This document shows, piece after piece, positions 62,383 to 64,000 of a DNA stretch of 64,000 nucleotides. The stretch is from contig CM059425.1 of the NCBI GenBank assembly GCA_030390025.1, positions 164,736,001 to 164,800,000 of the forward strand, given 5' to 3'. Positions within the stretch are counted from its first letter, which is position 1, and every line of letters starts with the position of its first letter. The stretch is from Squalus acanthias. Taxonomy: Eukaryota. Below the pieces are notes generated by a model. The model made no database searches. It was not told the origin of the DNA and worked only from the letters and a program-made list of their open reading frames with translations. A program made the position numbers and the translations under genes.

Positions 62383-63652
62383 TCTGAGTGTTACCAGTAT
62401 TACAATTAGTTATCAGTGTAAGTTCATTGAGTTACTATTAGTTACTGGTGGACTCAAAGTTCCTCCCACCTCTGGTTTCCCCCGGCGACTCCCTCCCCCA
62501 CCCTCGGTTTCCCTTTGTTGCCTGCTGGTGGCCTACTGGTTCTCGGAACTTCTTGCACAACATCTAGGAGCGCGAAACCGCGAGCAAAGATACTCAACTA
62601 CAGGAGACACAACTTTTATAAGATAAATGCATTAACATTTGCAGATGTCACATGGTCAGAATGTCATGTGATTAAACTTCCAGGAACGCCTCCAACCAGA
62701 GTTGGCAACCCAATCGAGAAGACTTCCTTTCACTGGGCATGCACCATCCCTCTGGTTGGCTGCTTCCTTCAGTGCCAAAGATTGCCTGACTTCAGCCATT
62801 CTATCTTAGTGGAAGAATCAGAAAATGTGGGGACTCTGTGTCCTGATGTAGCAGCCTCAGACACCCTTTCTTTTCTGACAGTAGTACAATTTCTTGAACC
62901 AAATAATGGCTGGCCTGCCCTTTTAAATTGCAGCAGCCAATTAAATGCTGCACCATATTTCCCCCCTCCACCCCCTCCCCCCCCCCACCCCCTCCCCACC
63001 CCACCAGAAAGCTCCCCCAGTAGAGGAAATATCAGTGACCGCCTGCCCAAAGCATAAAAAGTAAACTGACCCAAGAGAATGTAATTGAGGTCAGAGCAGT
63101 GTCATATCAGCAAGCAGGAGTGCTGTCCTGACACACTTCTGACAATAACCCCCGACCACCACTTACGGAGCAAAAATTGAGGCCCTTATCTCCTTTTGAT
63201 ATACAAATGTCATTTAGTTTCCTTTGGCGTCTCCTACTATTTTGTAATGAATCTGACTGCACATCTGTTTGGGATTTGCAAAAAAGTCATTTTTTAAAAA
63301 GAAAGCAATTGCATTCGGACCCAAGAAGGCATTTGAAAAATAACCATTCAAGTTACAGGAAATCAAAAAATGGAAAGCTAAATTCTCCATCAGAATGAGT
63401 GCTATAAGAGTAGATTTTTATGCAAACCTGAAAGCCCAGTGAAAGAAGGAAATTAACTTTCTTGAATGTTAAGACTGTGCTATAGTAAAGGGTTAGAAAG
63501 CTGGAGATAGGTGCTCCAGTGGTTCAGCAAGTGCAGCTGAACCATGCAGGCCAGGAAGGACTCCTAGTCAATCCCCCAATCTGTGCTGAGTTGGCAGCAG
63601 GGGTCTGGCCAAGCTTACTGGTTTTGATCACTATTCACTAAACCCTGTCTGG

Positions 63653-63725
63653 AGTGTGCGTGTGTGAGTGAGTGAGTGGCGTGTGTGAGTGCGTGTGTGC
63701 GTGAGTGTATGAGTGTGCGTACGCA
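63653..63725 (+). repeat. Imperfect (TG)n/(TGAG)n microsatellite
   Basis: gtgtgcgtgtgtgagtgagtgagtggcgtgtgtgagtgcg... Confidence 0.8.
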
Positions 63726-64000
63726 TGCACGTGCAAGTGTCAGGTGAGCACAGGATCATGCTCAGCTGCAATGCCCCCTACGTCAAATACACTGATGACA
63801 CCACAGTCAAAGCTCACGTATGAGTAATGGCCACTTGGGTAAGTTCATAAAGGCATCTGATGCCTGTGGAACTGTAGCCCATTAATAGTTAAGGCTTTCG
63901 GGAGAAAAGAGCAGTAAAATTTGGCAAACAAAAAAACCCCAGAAAGCTGAATCATTTAATTTCTTAACCAAACTGACGTGAAGGAATGTAAAAGCAGGTG

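Noticed and set aside
62515..63074. Pro-rich 180 aa ORF and Gly-rich antisense ORFs
   Set aside because: Produced by C-homopolymer tracts and repeat fragments; no splice or domain support.
63177..63398. Candidate third exon of the zinc-finger gene
   Set aside because: The phase-1 reading from catttag hits TAA with no convincing donor; the ORF has no motif.

Overview
Vertebrate genomic DNA, most likely a cartilaginous fish (inferred from the repeat families: CR1 LINEs, Deu-domain tRNA SINEs, Penelope 3' ends). Bases 7-35433 hold the last 13 coding exons of an M1 zinc aminopeptidase on the + strand, best matching LNPEP (IRAP/cystinyl aminopeptidase). GAMEN, HELAH and NEGFA are intact, all introns are GT-AG and the frame is continuous to the stop. 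After an AT-rich 3' UTR and a transposon-rich spacer, a GC-rich promoter-like region (~51570-52380) precedes a second + strand gene. Two of its coding exons (55127-55285, 58821-59013) splice into three non-Kruppel C2H2 zinc fingers; I do not recognise this gene and it runs past the window. Introns and spacer carry CR1, L2 and RTE fragments, SINEs, Penelope ends with decayed hammerhead-ribozyme cores, and a large set of Harbinger-type DNA transposons. That set comprises a decayed transposase+Myb element, Myb-only derivatives and at least seven copies of a ~750 bp MITE built from covarying hairpins. Several insertions are nested three deep. All calls were made by eye, and repeat boundaries are approximate unless TIRs or TSDs are quoted.
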